From Schmidtea polychroa (taxonomy: Eukaryota), in NCBI GenBank assembly GCA_044892525.1, contig CM097888.1:3906001-3970000 (forward strand): a DNA stretch of 64,000 bases, read 5' to 3'. Shown piece by piece: positions 62,804 to 64,000 of the stretch (positions are counted from its first letter, which is position 1; each line of letters starts with the position of its first letter). The position numbers and the translations under genes are program-made. The notes beneath the pieces were generated by a model. It was not told the DNA's origin. It searched no databases and saw only the letters and a list, made by a program, of their open reading frames with translations.

Positions 62804-63963
62804 TGGTGACTGACATGGTGATTTACTATGTCTGATGATAACATCAATTTCACCTGTTTATCTACTGATTCCTCCAGACTGAATGGAATACGGTATGGTC
62901 TCAACTTTATAGGTTTTGTATTGGTGAGAACAATCTCATGTTCTAACAGGTTTGTTTTTCCCAGATCGTATTCATGTTTCGCGAATACCTGGTCATATTT
63001 CCTCAACAGCATATTTACTTGAATGTTCTCCTTTCTGGTTAGCACTTTGCTATTTGCTGTAGGAGCATCATAGTACTCAATGTCTGGATCTCTTTCTTCT
63101 GCCTTTACAGTGAGTATCGACCCTTCTCTCGTGGCTTGTGGTTCGTTTTGTTTCCAGATTCTGCCCACTCTGGTATCTGGATATAAGTATAGTGGTTTAA
63201 TGTCCAGATTGGCTACCCTGATTGGTATTCTACCATTGACTATTAAACCCACGCTATGCGTAACTGGTATATTGTATTTCTCCGAAAATCTTTCGTCTGG
63301 TTCGAATACAACTTCCCCTTCCCAATTATTGCTTGTAGCTACAAAGCATACTGTTTCTGCTCTGGGTGGTATGATAGTTGTATGATCTATATAAGCTGTA
63401 TCATCGTTGTAAATTTTTCTCTTTTTACCTCGTGCTCGGATTAACAATCCAGATGCACAATCGAATACTACTCCTCGTAGTCTTTTTAGAACGTCCATAC
63501 CCAATAGACATTCGGCTGGGAGACTTCTCATCACTATGATGTCGTGATGGAGCTCCTGGTCACATAGCTTAATCTGGCAGGATAATGACCCTATTACGTT
63601 TAATGATGATCCGTTTGCTCCTGTTAATTTTACTCCTGCCGGTTTTAGCGACTGCAGTTCATGATGGTTTAACAATTTAGCTTCTATTATGGTACCGTCT
63701 GCTCCTGAGTCTATCACCGCATTAACTGTATGTCGGTTCACTCTTATTTTTATCATTGGCTTTTTATCCAAGTTCACTGGGTTGTTGACCATCAAGATAG
63801 TATCGTGCGAGATACCGATTGTATTTGCTCTCGTTTGTTCTGCTTCCAGTAATTCAGGATCACTCAGTTGAGGATTATACTCTTTAAATTTTGCTTTAAT
63901 TGACTCTAACGCTTCCTTTGGATAGTGCACTTTAGGTAATTCTGGCAATGTTGAGCATGTCAA
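62800..63963 (-). CDS. Gag C-terminal region plus aspartic protease and RT N-terminus (continues beyond the window)
   Basis: AVIDSGADGT, CLLGMDVL, dUTPase-like/spacer region, DLGKT..LEHEI...PIKLRPYRIP. Confidence 0.9.
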   Translation of the reverse strand: MTCSTLPELPKVHYPKEALESIKAKFKEYNPQLSDPELLEAEQTRANTIGISHDTILMVNNPVNLDKKPMIKIRVNRHTVNAVIDSGADGTIIEAKLLNHHELQSLKPAGVKLTGANGSSLNVIGSLSCQIKLCDQELHHDIIVMRSLPAECLLGMDVLKRLRGVVFDCASGLLIRARGKKRKIYNDDTAYIDHTTIIPPRAETVCFVATSNNWEGEVVFEPDERFSEKYNIPVTHSVGLIVNGRIPIRVANLDIKPLYLYPDTRVGRIWKQNEPQATREGSILTVKAEERDPDIEYYDAPTANSKVLTRKENIQVNMLLRKYDQVFAKHEYDLGKTNLLEHEIVLTNTKPIKLRPYRIPFSLEESVDKQVKLMLSSDIVNHHVSHQ

Positions 63964-64000
63964 ATTATTAAATATGGTATCTTCACCGATTTTCCATTGG

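Larger units (their letters stand above)
55636..64000 (-). mobile_element. Ty3/gypsy LTR retrotransposon with two non-canonical accessory modules (5' part outside the window)
   Basis: PR-RT-RH-IN order, PPT and LTR; extra membrane-protein extension and a third ORF. Confidence 0.95.

Overview
AT-rich eukaryotic (invertebrate animal) genomic DNA with very short introns (41-42 nt) and two assembly gaps. The TRAF expansion and the mini-introns are compatible with a flatworm, but this is inference only. The window is a repeat- and pseudogene-rich region with no clearly intact conserved host gene. The left two-thirds is a graveyard of duplicated TRAF-like, LRR-like and cadherin-like gene pieces. 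It also holds pogo, mariner, hAT and piggyBac relics, a solo LTR and a decayed Polinton/Maverick (PolB end, adenain-like protease, major capsid protein) that contains two GC-richer orphan ORFs. The right third holds a hATm-like transposase, then a NeSL/R2-type non-LTR retrotransposon (zinc fingers, Ulp1-like protease domain with altered catalytic residues, RT, CCHC, RLE). A Ty3/gypsy LTR element has inserted into that RLE. The gypsy element is the most unusual object here. Its integrase is fused in frame to a signal peptide, fibronectin type III-like domain(s) and a transmembrane helix. A further long intact ORF between pol and the 3' LTR carries a REX4/ISG20-like DEDDh exonuclease fold with the catalytic acidic residues replaced. 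All domain calls were made by eye from motifs, with no database searches.
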